DNA from: Ostrea edulis | Lineage: Eukaryota | Length of the DNA stretch: 64,000 nt | Assembly (NCBI RefSeq): GCF_947568905.1 | Contig: NC_079164.1 | Location: 10,354,001-10,418,000, forward strand | Direction of reading: 5' to 3' | Shown here: positions 22,270 to 35,078 of the stretch, piece by piece | Numbering within the stretch: the first letter of the stretch is position 1 | Layout: the number at the start of each line of letters is the position of its first letter | Notes under the pieces: generated by a model | Database searches by the model: none | The model's input: the letters and a program-made list of their open reading frames with translations, nothing else | Told to the model about the DNA's origin: nothing | Translations under genes and position numbers: made by a program

Positions 22270-23705
22270 GTTGACTAGCAGTATAGGAAAAACTTTCCGT
22301 TGGATTATTGTGTCTAATGTTTTAGTTGACTAGCAGTATTGGGGAGACTTTCCGTTGTAATGTTATATTTAATGTTTTAGTGTCTATGAGTTGACTAGCA
22401 GTATTGGGTAGACTCTGCGTTGTATTGTATTTAATGTTGTAGTGTCTATGAGTTGACTAGCAGTATTGGGGAGACTTTCCGTTGTAATGTTATATTTAAT
22501 GTTTTAGTGTCTATGAGTTGACTAGCAGTATTGGGTAGACTCTGCGTTGTATTGTATTTAATGTTGTAGTGTCTATGAGTTGACTAGCAGTATTGGGGAG
22601 ACTTTCCGTTGTAATGTTATATTTAATGTTTTAGTGTCTATGAGTTGACTAGCAGTATTGGGGAGACTTTCCGTTGTAATGTTATATTTAATGTTTTAGT
22701 GTCTATGAGTTGACTAGCAGTATTGGGGAGACTTTCCGTTGTAATGTTATATTTAATGTTTTAGTGTCTATGAGTTGACTAGCAGTATTGGGGAGACTTT
22801 CCGTTGTAATGTTATATTTAATGTTGTAGTGTCTATGAGTTGACTAGCAGTATTGGGGAGACTTTCCGTTGTAATGTTATATTTAATGTTTTAGTGTCTA
22901 TGAGTTGACTAGCAGTATTGGGGAGACTTTCCGTTGTAATGTTATATTTAATGTTGTAGTGTCTATGAGTTGACTAGCAGTATTGGGGAGACTTTCCGTT
23001 GTATTGTTGTATTTAATGTTGTAGTGTCTATGAGTTGACTAGCAGTATTGGGTAGACTCTCCGTTGTAATGTTATATTTAATGTTTTAGTGTCTATGAGT
23101 TGACTAGCAGTATTGGGGAGACTTTCCGTTGTAATGTTATATTTAATGTTTTAGTGTCTATGAGTTGACTAGCAGTATTGGGGAGACTTTCCGTTGTAAT
23201 GTTATATTTAATGTTTTAGTGTCTATGAGTTGACTAGCAGTATTGGGGAGACTTTCCGTTGTAATGTTATATTTAATGTTTTAGTGTCTATGAGTTGACT
23301 AGCAGTATTGGGGAGACTTTCCGTTGTAATGTTATATTTAATGTTTTAGTGTCTATGAGTTGACTAGCAGTATTGGGGAGACTTTCCGTTGTAATGTTAT
23401 ATTTAATGTTTTAGTGTCTATGAGTTGACTAGCAGTATTGGGGAGACTTTCCGTTGTAATGTTATATTTAATGTTTTAGTGTCTATGAGTTGACTAGCAG
23501 TATTGGGTATACTCTGCGTTGTATTGTTGTATTTAATGTTGTAGTGTCTATGAGTTGACTAGCAGTATTGGGTAGACTCTCCGTTGTAATGTTATATTTA
23601 ATGTTTTAGTGTCTATGAGTTGACTAGCAGTATTGGGGAGACTTTCCGTTGTATTGTTGTATTTACTGTTTTAATGTCTATGAGTTGACTAGCAGTATAG
23701 GGAAA
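22270..23705. repeat. ~65-bp tandem array, ~21 copies, two interspersed variants
   Basis: GTCTATGAGTTGACTAGCAGTATTGGG(G/T)AGACT(T/C)TCCGTTGTA(A/T)TGTTATATTTAATGTT(T/G)TAGT; period 65 measured at 22621/22686. Confidence 0.97.
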
Positions 23706-24967
23706 ACATCGTTAGCTATGTATTACGAGTAGGATTATTTGAGTGATTTGAGTCATGTCATAATGAGACCAAAAAAGAAAATTAAAGAATGATTTCCATT
23801 GAATTATACAAGTGGAAAATCTATTTAAGATATATACGTATCAGAAATATACTTCTTTTGAAGAAGTCTACCTGCGTGAGCTAATCATTGAAAGATTTAT
23901 ATTCACATTTTGTTTGAATTTTAAAAAACAATCTCCTGATCTTTCTTGTTAATTATTATTTTTTTTCCAATTCAACGCTTTTAATGTTTGACTTAGGGTA
24001 TATATTGGAATGTTTAGGTTGTCGTTAGGGTGTGGACATATGATCTGAGGATCTTTGAGTTCAGGACTTCATTAAAATGAAATTTACAGTGCATCTACCA
24101 TTGTTTACCATTCACTCAGTAAAGGGTGTTTCCAAAAGTATTGATTACATTGACGAACATAACAATTTCCTGGTTTTACCTTTACCTTGATTGAAGACAT
24201 TCCCTTTCGTGTATCAATACATAGTTTACTTAATAAAGTTCCAGCACGTTACCCGTGTTCTCCCGGGTGTGTTTATGTTTCATTTTAAGTAGCATGTTAT
24301 CAATTTAAGGAAGTAGTTACGATTCTATCTTTTGAAATGTTTGGTTTTTCCTTTCTTTAAAGCACACACGGGTAGTGATACGTGTAATTGTTATTAGATA
24401 TATAATTCATGTGACAAATCTTTAAAGAATGACAGTTTTAACCAAAATAGCACAGCCAGCTGTAAAGATGGAATCAGAAGTCACGATTATAATTACAGGC
24501 TTTACTTGTGGGAAGGTCAATAAATTGAATGAACAGATATTGCCCTCTTCGTGTTCGATGTCTCAGCATTTAGACATCAATGACAGGTGATATGACAGGA
24601 AGACATGCCATGCTTTGGTTTTATGGAAGTACATGTATATAAACCATGGACTATAATCGACGAAGGCGGTTAATAATCATTTAGAAAGTACCGCATGCGT
24701 TCTTTGCGTCTATATCCACCCCCTAATGCAGTCTAGATTTCTATTCACATTACCTGAATTTTGTAATATATAAGTGCTTATATCAAGAGATAAAGTGCAT
24801 TGAAACAAAAATGTTTATTCTTACAAGTAAAACTCGCAGGGAAATTTCACACACATGATATTAATGTGATTTGATAATACGTATTAAATACGACGAGGAA
24901 TGTAAGCTCATGTATCAAACATCGCATGGAAATATAATTACTATTTTAAATTATTATAGTGTATATA

Positions 24968-26085
24968 CTATTGTGCCTCATCAACGTCTCTCCAGCAAAA
25001 TTGACATCTACGATATCAAAGGCAACGTAGGAAGTTGGATCGGGAGCTTTTCAATGGACATATCAAAGAGGTTTTCGCTAAATGGGCATCCATCAAACTG
25101 GTTCAGCGTCACGAGCGGCATTCCCCAGGGTAGTATGTTAGGGCCTTCCCTCTTCAAGATCTTCATCAACGACTTACCAGACGTTGTAAGCAGTGCCACG
25201 CGCATCTTTGCTGATGATACAAAGGTCTACGGAAGGTCATCTACTGAGGAAGACAGGACAAGCTGCAGACAGACAGCAACATATTGTAGGACTGGTTAGA
25301 CGAGTGGCTGCTGAAGTTCGATGCGAGTAAGTGCATCTGGGACGGAACAAACCGGCATACATATCATATGACAATGCTGGAAAGAACAGAGTGCTCAAAG
25401 AAACAGACATGGAGAAAGATCTAGTCTTGCATATTGATAACAAGTCATCGTTCCATCAACATGTGAACCAGACGGTGACCAAAGGCAAAAGAACCCTAAG
25501 CCTCACCAAGCGAATACTTCTCAGCAAGGACAGGAACATCATCAAACGCCTTTACATTACATCGGTTCAACCTATACTCGAGTATGGGAATGCACCACGA
25601 CTACACCAGTTTGCAGGCGACATAGACAAGCTTGAGAGAGTACAGAGAAGGGTACCAAACTATGAACTGACATAAAGGATCTGCTCAATAAACTGATACT
25701 TGAGAGCCTGAGACTGCCATCATTGCACTATCGGATACAGCGTGGAGATATGATCAAAGTATATAAGATCCTGACCGGCAAACACATCATCCGGGACAAG
25801 TTGCTACCTCTGCTACACTCGACAAGAACTAAGGGCCACTCTCTTAAGCTGGGGAAGAAATATGCATGGCTCAACATCAGGAAACATTCGTTTGGTCCAC
25901 GAATTGTCAACAACTGGAACTCCCTACCAGATTGGATGGCCGAGGCAAACAGCATAAATGATTTCAAAAGTAAGGTGGACACATTCTGGAAAGATGGACA
26001 CTACACCACTCGCCCCACGAATCCGACGACTACGTTTTACTAGACACGAGCAGGAGTCAAAGGTCTAGCCTGAAGAAGAGGTATC
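24968..26085 (+). mobile_element. 5'-truncated, frameshifted CR1-clade LINE
   Basis: SGIPQGSMLGPSLF.IFINDLP, FADDTKVY, LERVQRR, RGDMIKVYKIL, RIVNNWNSLP spread over three frames. Confidence 0.9.
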
Positions 26086-26130
26086 AAGGTATTACATGGA
26101 TATTCCCGGAAGCGTATTAGGGTCCGATTG

Positions 26131-26206
26131 TAGTCTGAATCATCCCAACGTTTGTGTATACGCCGGGGAGTCGATGTATGCACAAAGGTCGGGATGATCC
26201 AGACTA
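26131..26206. mobile_element. 76-bp hairpin MITE-like element
   Basis: TAGTCTGAATCATCCC…GGGATGATCCAGACTA, self-complementary along most of its length, TA at both ends. Confidence 0.65.
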
Positions 26207-27130
26207 GTCTGATTGAATTCTTCTACTGTGTCAATATGGCCTAAGTTTAGTTAAAGTTACTTTCGTATTCTAGCTGTTTATTGAGTGTACTCTATTTTAT
26301 AGGAATCCGCGGTGGTGTTACCGTATGACACTCTGGAGGGGCACTGTAAATCAGTCTAATACTCAAAGGCAACAAATAGAGGGAAGGGGGTCGGTTAATA
26401 CCAAACTAAGCTTTCTTGCGGCTCCTAGAATCCTCTAGCGTGGTTGGCAATATAACCTTTTAAAAACGCCAGTGATATTGCAGAATCCTACATTTACTTA
26501 GATTTCAAGCCGTCATGATGAAGGCCTCTGACCATTAAACAGAAAGAAATATACAACTATAAAAATGTATGTCGATGTATTTGTTAAAATAATAGTGAAA
26601 GTCTGACAAAATTTCAGAAGGATTGGTAAAGTGTTATACATCTTCTCATCAGAGATCCGATAGGGATGCGAAACATTGAGAATTCATATTTTCTTTGTAC
26701 CGATTATAGTAGACTGTGCTTGTCTCAAATCAAACTACATTCTGGTGTAATTATATTGAGGTCAAAATGCGTATCGACTTGATTAGATTTTATAGAACTC
26801 CCCGTTGAAGCCCCATCGTATTGTGCAAACGAACTCAGGCGAAAGTTTGCTTCATCAGCTGAAAAAATGATGGGGGTTACCCAAAGTGCTCTGGAAACCC
26901 TGCGTTACTTCATCGAGAAATCCTAAATGAAAAAGTGAAGATCTATCTCATAAATCAAATACAAAATTCGGGCAAACACGGACCACCGGATACACCAGAG
27001 GTGGGGGTATGTGACTAGGAGTAGTAAATAAAATAAATTGTTTGTAAAGTACCACACACATTTTTGATAACCAACATTTTTTTTTTTTTTTTTTTAGACA
27101 TTTCTAATCCTATCAAAATCTAATCCCAAT

Positions 27131-28062
27131 TTGAATTTTATTGACTTACAAATATCAATGTTACATAATATACTTCAGAATGCTGAAAAACCTCATGGCA
27201 GATATTTTCAGTCATGTTCCGTACCTTATGAGAATGTACATTATACGTTTGACTTTTCTCAAAACGTGACTATTCCCCATTCTTCACAGCAAGTTGGATT
27301 ACTGTTTTTTCTACAACCCCGAAAGGTACAGAATTTCAGAGTATGTGATGAGAACTTTCCTCTTCAATCCAATTACCTAATAGATGAAAATGAAACTATG
27401 GGTGAAAATGGAAGTAAAACTCACGGACAAAATGCAGTATTGAGTATATTGCATCATTATTTCGATGCCAACAGCTACGGGGAAACAGGTTGCCGTCTTC
27501 ACGCCGATAAAATGCGTTGGCCAAAACAAAAACAAAACAATTCTACATTATCTTGCATGGCGCTGCTTAAACGAATTCCACTAGAAAATCAATTTGCATT
27601 TTATGATAGCTGGTCATACCAAATGTCAAAGTGTGATTCTTGCTTTGGAATGCTAAAGAAGAAATTTCGGCGATCAGAAGTTGACAGCACTGAGCAGTTA
27701 AAACAAGTAATAGAGGAATCTGCAAAGAGTACTACGCGGTAGCAAGATGTGGAGATTTTCAATGGTACAAGTGGGATGCCTTCTTCAATAAATATTGTAA
27801 GCCGGTGAAAGGGATCGGGAAATTCCATCATTTCATGTTCACAGCTGAGGAACCAGGCATAGTATATGCGAAACAAACGCTTGATGTCCCAGCAGTACAA
27901 ATTAATCTATTCAAAGAACGTGTCGAATTAGATGGCATGCGCACTGAATTCCCGGAAGTTATTTTGCCAGGTGGACTTTCTAATGACCTCTTCCGTGAGA
28001 TCAGACCTTATGTAAAAGCGCCTTACAAAGGTGTCACGTGTCCACCTCCTGAGGAGGAATGA
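27131..28062 (+). pseudogene. Decayed Sola-like DDE transposase fragment
   Basis: HYTFDFSQ…PRK…NYLIDE…HHYF; after frame correction DNCVGQNKN, HYLAWR, FMIAGHTK, DSCFG; frameshifts and stops. Confidence 0.7.
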
Positions 28063-28960
28063 ATGTACATGAATTTCATCAGACAAAGCTGAATCATTTG
28101 GTTTTTTTTTTATTTACATCATTATGCCATATTTTAAAATACTAAGTAAATGTAATAGAACATGTTATGAAAAATTCATGACGTTACAATTGAATCTAAA
28201 ATATTAGGTGTTTTTTAATGTAACTTTACAAAGTGTGCCATTTTTAAACTTCAATATCTTTGTTATTACTACAGATATTTAGGTCCCGTTTTCGATTTCT
28301 TTATCAGTATTTCATGCACCATCTAAAATAATAAAAATATCAAATTGTGAAAATTTTGCCATAAGGTCGATTTCTATCTGGCGAGGCTCATATATTAGAT
28401 CTGAAACTTTGACTATTCTCAGTTTATGGTAATGGAAGCTGATTATTTTATGCGCTCCATACAAGCAACAGACTGGACTTGACAAATCACGATATGTATT
28501 AACAGAATCACGCTTAAAGTACAAGCTTGGTAATCGGCAACAAAATTGTCAATCTACAGATATATGAAAACGAATAATACCGCTATCGTTTTTCAGTAAT
28601 CTAACACCCTGATATAACAAAATCTGTTATTGACGTCAGAGAAAGCCTGAGAACGTGAAGAGTTGTTTTTCATCACATTTGGACTTTTAGTACTCTTAGG
28701 TTTTTTTTTTCTCTCTCTCTCTTGAGTTTTTCATCCTTTGAAGCACAAAATGATGTGTGCAAAATATTTCTCTGAAGTGTACAAGTTTGAAGACATTTTA
28801 AAATCGTTATCTATTTGATAACAAAAATCGTCTTTATCTTCGAAATAAAAGTTCGTGTTTGAAAGTATGAACAGTGACGTTTTAAGTCGGCACACTTTTC
28901 ATCAAAGAAAATTTATTTCTTATAATGTACATTCTACTACGACGACACTAGAAATGAAAC

Positions 28961-29855
28961 AGATAACAATCTCATCACTCCTATAAAGGTGAAGATAACG
29001 AACAGTGATCAATCTCATCACTCCTATAAAAAGTGAAGATAACGAACAGTGATCAATTTCATAACTCCTATAAAAAGTGAAGATAACGAACAGTGATCAA
29101 TCTCATCACTCCTATAAAGGTGAAGATAACGAACAGTGATCAATCTCATCACTCCTATAAAGGTGAAGTTAACGAACAGTGATCAATCTCATCACTCCTA
29201 TAAAGGTGAAGATAACGAACAGTGATCAATCTCATCACTCCTATAAAGGTGAAGATAACGAACAGTGATCAATCTCATCACTCCTATAAAGGTGAAGATA
29301 ACGAACAGTGATCAATCTCATAACTCCTATAAAGGTGAAGATAACGAACAGTGATCAATCTCATAACTCCTATAAAGGTGTAGATAACAAACAGTGATCA
29401 ATCTCATAACTCCTATAAAGATGAAGATAACAAACAGTGATCAATCTCATCACTCCTATAAAGGTGAAGATAACGAACAGTGATCAATCTCATCACTCCT
29501 ATAAAGGTGAAGATAACGAACAGTGATCAATCTCATCACTCCTATAAAGGTGAAGATAACGAACAGTGATCAATCTCATCACTCCTATAAAGGTGAAGAT
29601 AACGAACAGTGATCAATCTCATCACTCCTATAAAAAGTGAAGATAACGAACAGTGATAAATCTCATAACTCCTATAAAAAGTGAAGATAACGAACAGTGA
29701 TCAATCTCATCACTCCTATAAAGGTGAAGATAACGAACAGTGATCAATCTCATCACTCCTATAAAAAGTGAAGATAACGAACAGTGATAAATTTCATCAC
29801 TCCTATAAAAAGTGAAGATAACGAACAGTGATAAATTTCATCACTCCTATAAAAA
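28961..29855 (-). repeat. 43/44-bp tandem array (~21 units) of the Penelope-like terminal sequence
   Basis: AGGTGAAGATAACGAACAGTGATCAATCTCAT(C/A)ACTCCTATAA matches the element terminus at 58126-58166. Confidence 0.97.
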
Positions 29856-30362
29856 GTCAACTTCCCATATTTATTTAGCAATATTCCGTTATCAACTGTA
29901 TATGGTGCTTATGTCTCTTAACTAATCCAATACGCAAGAGCTTGTTATTCGTATGATCAATTGTTAGATATAGAGGCAGACTATTGACACATAGGCTGAT
30001 GTTACAGGAGTTTCAACAGTTTCGTTTAAAGTCAGCATTTCGCAAAATCTATGCCCTTTATAAAGATCTAATATTTAAAAATAAATTTCCCAATACAACC
30101 TGTCATTGGGTTGAATGCTGTCTGACGTCTTTCATACCAATTATTGTGCCGTTCTTTACACACTGCTTTTAACTACGGATTGCTCCGTTTATCTGATCAA
30201 GATATGGGGTTCACGGCGGTTGGGACCGGTCGACAAGGTATGCATACTTCTTGACACCTGATCCCAGCTCTGGTATATCCAGGGGTTCGTGTTTGTCTAA
30301 CTCTTAACTTTGTATTCCTTATAGGAGTTATGAGATTGATCACTGTTTGTTACCTTTACCTT
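29856..30362 (+). mobile_element. Penelope-like 3' fragment (RT C-terminus + 3' module)
   Basis: VNFPYLFSNIP…YARAC, FRLKSAFRK, then the 3' module and terminal 43-mer. Confidence 0.88.
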
Positions 30363-30989
30363 TTCTTGTTAGATTCTTCATGTACTTATGCATGTCATAA
30401 TTTATCTTAGATGTTCCCCGTAGCCATACATGCCAGTAATTCTATTGTTAGATTTTTCATGTCATTATGATTTTCCATAAACCTGTACTCATGTATGTGC
30501 TTGCTTATTTGTTAATAAATATTTTCTAAGTACTGATGCATTTATAACCTTATTGTTAAATTGTACATGTAATATGTATTTTATTATTTTATTGTAAAGT
30601 ACACATGCTTGTCAAGTTTAATTTAGTTTATACATGTAGTCATTAAGTTTGGTCACTGAATTGAGTTTTATATCACGTAAGATTAATTCAGCGCATCAAC
30701 ACACCACCGTTTCTAAATTCGCTTATGAGAAAGAAATTGAAACAGTCCAGTTTGTATAACATCTTGTGATTTATAGTGAACTGATTGCACACGAGCTTGG
30801 TTTAGAATGAATAACGACGACAATACTCCTTCGGTCACGGTTTTACAAATTACATCTATATGAATAATGTATATCGGTTAACCGACTGCTCCCTAGAAAT
30901 GCAGCAAAGCTGATTTGAGAAGAATTAACCGCATTTGTTATCCAATGTGAATCGTATGGCGGTATTAATCTATGTCTAAGAAGTAGATC

Positions 30990-31445
30990 ACTATTAAAGG
31001 CAACATTTCGCAAATTCTATTTTCGTTTTAACGATCTAGTTTGCCAATACAAACTTTCATTGTGTCAAATGCTGTCTAACGTATTTCATATCAATTATTA
31101 GGCCGTTCTTGGTATACCGATTTTGCCTACGGATTACTCCGTTTACTTGATCAAGATATAGGGGTCAAGGCGGATGGTTCCGATCGATAGGGGATGCTTA
31201 CTCCTCCTAGGCAACTGATCTAACTTCTGGTATATCCAGGGGTCCATATTTGCCAAATTCTCTATTCTTTATTGTCGTTGTGAGATTGATCACTGTTCGT
31301 TATCTTTACCTTTATAGTCGTTGTGAGATTGATCACTGTTCGTTATCTTTACCTTTATAGTCGTTGTGAGATTGATCACTGTTCGTTATCTTTACCTTTA
31401 TAGTCGTTGTGAGATTGATCACTGTTCGTTATCTTCACCTTTCCA
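30990..31445 (+). mobile_element. Penelope-like 3' fragment ending in 4 direct copies of the terminal 43-mer
   Basis: GTCGTTGTGAGATTGATCACTGTTCGTTATCTTTACCTTTATA at 31274, 31317, 31360, 31403. Confidence 0.9.
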
Positions 31446-31649
31446 TGGCTTCATAGGAAGATGATAAATTCTATCTTACATTCGGTCACGTCTAGATGTC
31501 ATAAAATAATCTTTCAAGGACGTGAAGCGTCCCACTTTTCCTCAGAAACCAAATGTCTGCGATACACTGTGATTGTACAATAGAAAAAATGTGTACTTTA
31601 TTTTTCAGAATTGTCAACCTAAAATTTTGAAATGATGATCTCATTGGAT

Positions 31650-33135
31650 TTGCATGTGTATAGTCGACGTCCACATTCAAATTCAATATGACAGAAAATT
31701 TAAGACACCTGCATTTTGTGAATGCAATGCCGAACAGCAAACATTTGAAATGAGGTTTACCCAGTTATTTGAATGCCATCTGAATGACACGTCAGTGATG
31801 CATTTGAAATTATCTGAAAATGCTGAGTGCGATGAGAGGTTGGATTTCTCAAAGAGAAAAGAATTGCATATAAAATAACCTATACTTAAACGTCTGCTTG
31901 TCGATCAATGGCCGGGAGAGACTCCTGACAGCAGAAACACTTCCTGGTTTTAGAATTAAATTGAAGTCTGTTATAAAGCGGCAGTCGTGCTTCTGAGTCC
32001 CCATGCCATTGTTGTATTACGTAATAGGCAAGTATTAAAACAAAGCTGTATTGCTATGGTAATAGGATTCTATAGAATCTAATCTCAAGACGCTGTTAGC
32101 GTAGTGTCGATCTCTTTGCAAACACCTAGCCCAAAGAAGGCGTCTTTTAAAGGGTAGATTTGCAGATTTCGATAACCAAACTTGGACATCGCTAAATAAG
32201 TACAGTGTAGCAGCATTTGTATAGTATAGGTTGCATGCCTTACACTGAATATGAAGAATTGGATGTGTGGTAATACCACAGAAGAGTGGACACCATTCAA
32301 CACTGTAAAACAGCACCAAAATCAAAGTACAATGTATTCAGCTCCCAAACCCCAAAACTGTCTCTCACATAGCAAGGGCGAACAAAATTTGAAAGAGGAA
32401 TTTGAACCTCAGATGACTCATTTTCCGCACCAAAATAACTTTTCTTTATAGACATTTTCCTACTAAAAGAATGAAAGGGGTTGCATCCTCATGCTTTTCT
32501 AGATCCGCCACTGAAGTGCTAATCAAAATATTGAATGATAGTTTTGTATCAGGTGATATCGGACTGACGTCCAACTACCCGCCAGACTATTGTTCAGCAA
32601 TAATGCAAAACTATTTGATGCTCCTGTGCGTTCAACATTATCGCATTGCATGTGGTATCCACAAATACACTCTATATAAAAACTGATACCCGTATGTCTA
32701 GGTGTAGTTATTGCTGACATCAGGAGAAGTTCAATCAGTCATAACAATAGATATTTTGAGTGCTCTTCATCCGCAACACCAACATCATGGATCTCTTAAC
32801 ATTATATTTTTTAAATTGAATACACTGTATATACAATTTTTCATTATTTTCTCCATTCAGTATTCATTTTTGAAAGATAAGGAAATCAGTTCGGGAGACG
32901 GAAAAATCAATACATGATTATAGAGCGGAAATTACTCGTCGTTGTATGATATTTATCTTGCTATTAAGCTGATGTCCGGAATTGATCGGACTGGATCAAA
33001 ACTTCAGTGGGAGTACTATACCTGGCGGGACTCGACTTTCGTTCGTGAATGGTTTTATTATTACAAACAGTGGGAAGGCACGATACATATTACTAATGGA
33101 AACGCATGTAAGGTTTCAGACACCGATACTATGTT
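31650..33135 (+). pseudogene. Possible decayed leucine-rich-repeat (TLR-like) gene
   Basis: LRR-like fragments in shifting frames: VMHLKLSEN, KLYCYGNRI, RSVDLFANT, LTLNMKNWMCG, and a CPELIG LRR-CT-like motif; many stops. Confidence 0.33.
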
Positions 33136-33149
33136 AAATAGCACTAATA

Positions 33150-33958
33150 CATACTTAAAAAATAGCACTAACACACACCACAAAATAAAACTAACACACA
33201 TCACAAAATAGCATTAGCACACACGACAAAATAGCTCTAACAAACCACAAAATAGCACTAACGCACACCACAAAATAGCATTGACAAACCACAAAATAGC
33301 ACTAACGCACACCACAAAATAGCACGAACACACACCACAAAATAGCACTAACACACCACAAAATAGCATTGACAAACCACAAAATAGCACTAACACACAT
33401 CACAAAATAGCATTAACACACACCACAAAATAACACTAACAAATACCACAAAATAACACTAACACACACCACAAAATAACACTAACAAATACCACAAAAT
33501 AGCACTAACACTCACCACAAAATAGCAATAACACACAGAACAAACTAGCACTAACACATACCACAAAATAGCACTAACACACCACAAAATAAAATTAACA
33601 CACATTACAAAATAGCACTGGCACTTACTACAAAATAGCACTAACACATACCACAAAATAGCAATTACACATACCATAAAATAGCACTAATACATACCAC
33701 TAAATAGCACTAATACATACCCCAAAATAGAACTAACAAATACCACATAATATCACTAACAATACCAGAAAATAGTTCTAATACTTGCCATAAAATAGCA
33801 CTTACACATACCACAAAATAGCACTTACAGATACCATAAAATAGCACTTACACATACCAATAAATAGCAATAACACACACCACAAAATAGCAATAACACA
33901 CAGCACAAACTAGCACTAACACATACCACAAAATCGCACTTACACATACCACAAAATA
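33150..33958. repeat. Degenerate ~20-22-bp minisatellite
   Basis: CACCACAAAATAGCACTAACACA-like units. Confidence 0.93.
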
Positions 33959-34052
33959 TCATATCTCATGCCTGTTTTCTTATGAGTGATATCTCATTTA
34001 CAAGCAAGGTATTTCACATCAGGTAAAAAATTGCTATATCAGGGTAAACAGT

Positions 34053-34586
34053 AACAAGAGGCCCATGGGCAATATTACTCACCCAAGTCACCTTAACCTG
34101 GCTCTGCTATCGTTCAGCTGTAGAGATTCTTTTTATCAGTCTTTATTCACGTGAAAAATTGAACCCCATATCATGGCTCCAGCGTAACCCGAATAACTGA
34201 ACTTAAATTCACACAATATGGAGATGCCTCAATACCAATATGACTAACATGACCTTGCTGTTCTAAGAAAGATGAAGATCAGAGGATAAAAGGTCATGAT
34301 ATGAATGAAAAGGCTTGGAATCTACATACATGTATGTATATACAAAATATGAAAGCTCTTACTTACATGTAAATAGTTCAGGAAATATTGAATAGGATTG
34401 GTTTCCTTAAATGTAGGTCTAGGTCGCAAAGTTAAGAACTGGTGCAATATAAAAAAGAAAAAAAAAGAAAAAAGAAATTCACATAAAAATATGAGAGCCC
34501 TATCATTCATGAGTAAGGTTAAAGTTTCGGACAGACAGGACAAAACAATAATATATGTCCCCTCAGCTAAAGTCTCAGGAGGATAA
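34053..34586 (-). mobile_element. HINE-like element
   Basis: AACAAGAGGCCCATGGGC end, GGACAGACAGGACA tract, terminal hairpin before GGATAA. Confidence 0.7.
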
Positions 34587-35078
34587 GAATTAACTTGGGA
34601 ACATTTGCATATGATTCAGTGTGGTCCTGCTACAGCTGTGCGGTTGAATGTTTTTTGAAAACTAAGTCTATTTTCACTGTATTTGCCATGCCTGTAAAAC
34701 TCCGGTGGTGCAGCAGTCCCAAGAACTACAATTTATATCCTTCTCCCAAATATGCTTCATACCAAATTTGAAAAAAAAAATGATTGATTACATGTTGTTT
34801 AACGTCCCTCTCAAGAATTTCACTGAAACGGAGACGTCACCATTGCCGGTGAAGGGCTGCAAAATATAGGCCTACGTTCGGCGCTTACTGTTGGTTACTT
34901 TGACATTTTCATTTCTACGTTAAAGAGAAATTTCTCAAGTCCAATAAATATTCCTTTCAGATATGACATATATGATCGTTATTGAAACAAAAAACAAAAT
35001 AGATCATTCAACCTCATTTCCTGAACAGCTGAGATGTTTGGGTTATCAATAGGAAATTTTTGGCATCATTTTTTCTAG

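Noticed and set aside
22229-22271. Short signal-peptide-like exon MTQVCLMFLLNV with GTGAGT donor, downstream of CACGTG and CCAAT motifs
   Set aside because: Overlaps the degenerate first unit of the 65-bp array and no matching downstream exon was found
28961-29855. CRISPR-like regular repeats (also 22270-23705)
   Set aside because: Contiguous units with no unique spacers, eukaryotic context, no cas genes
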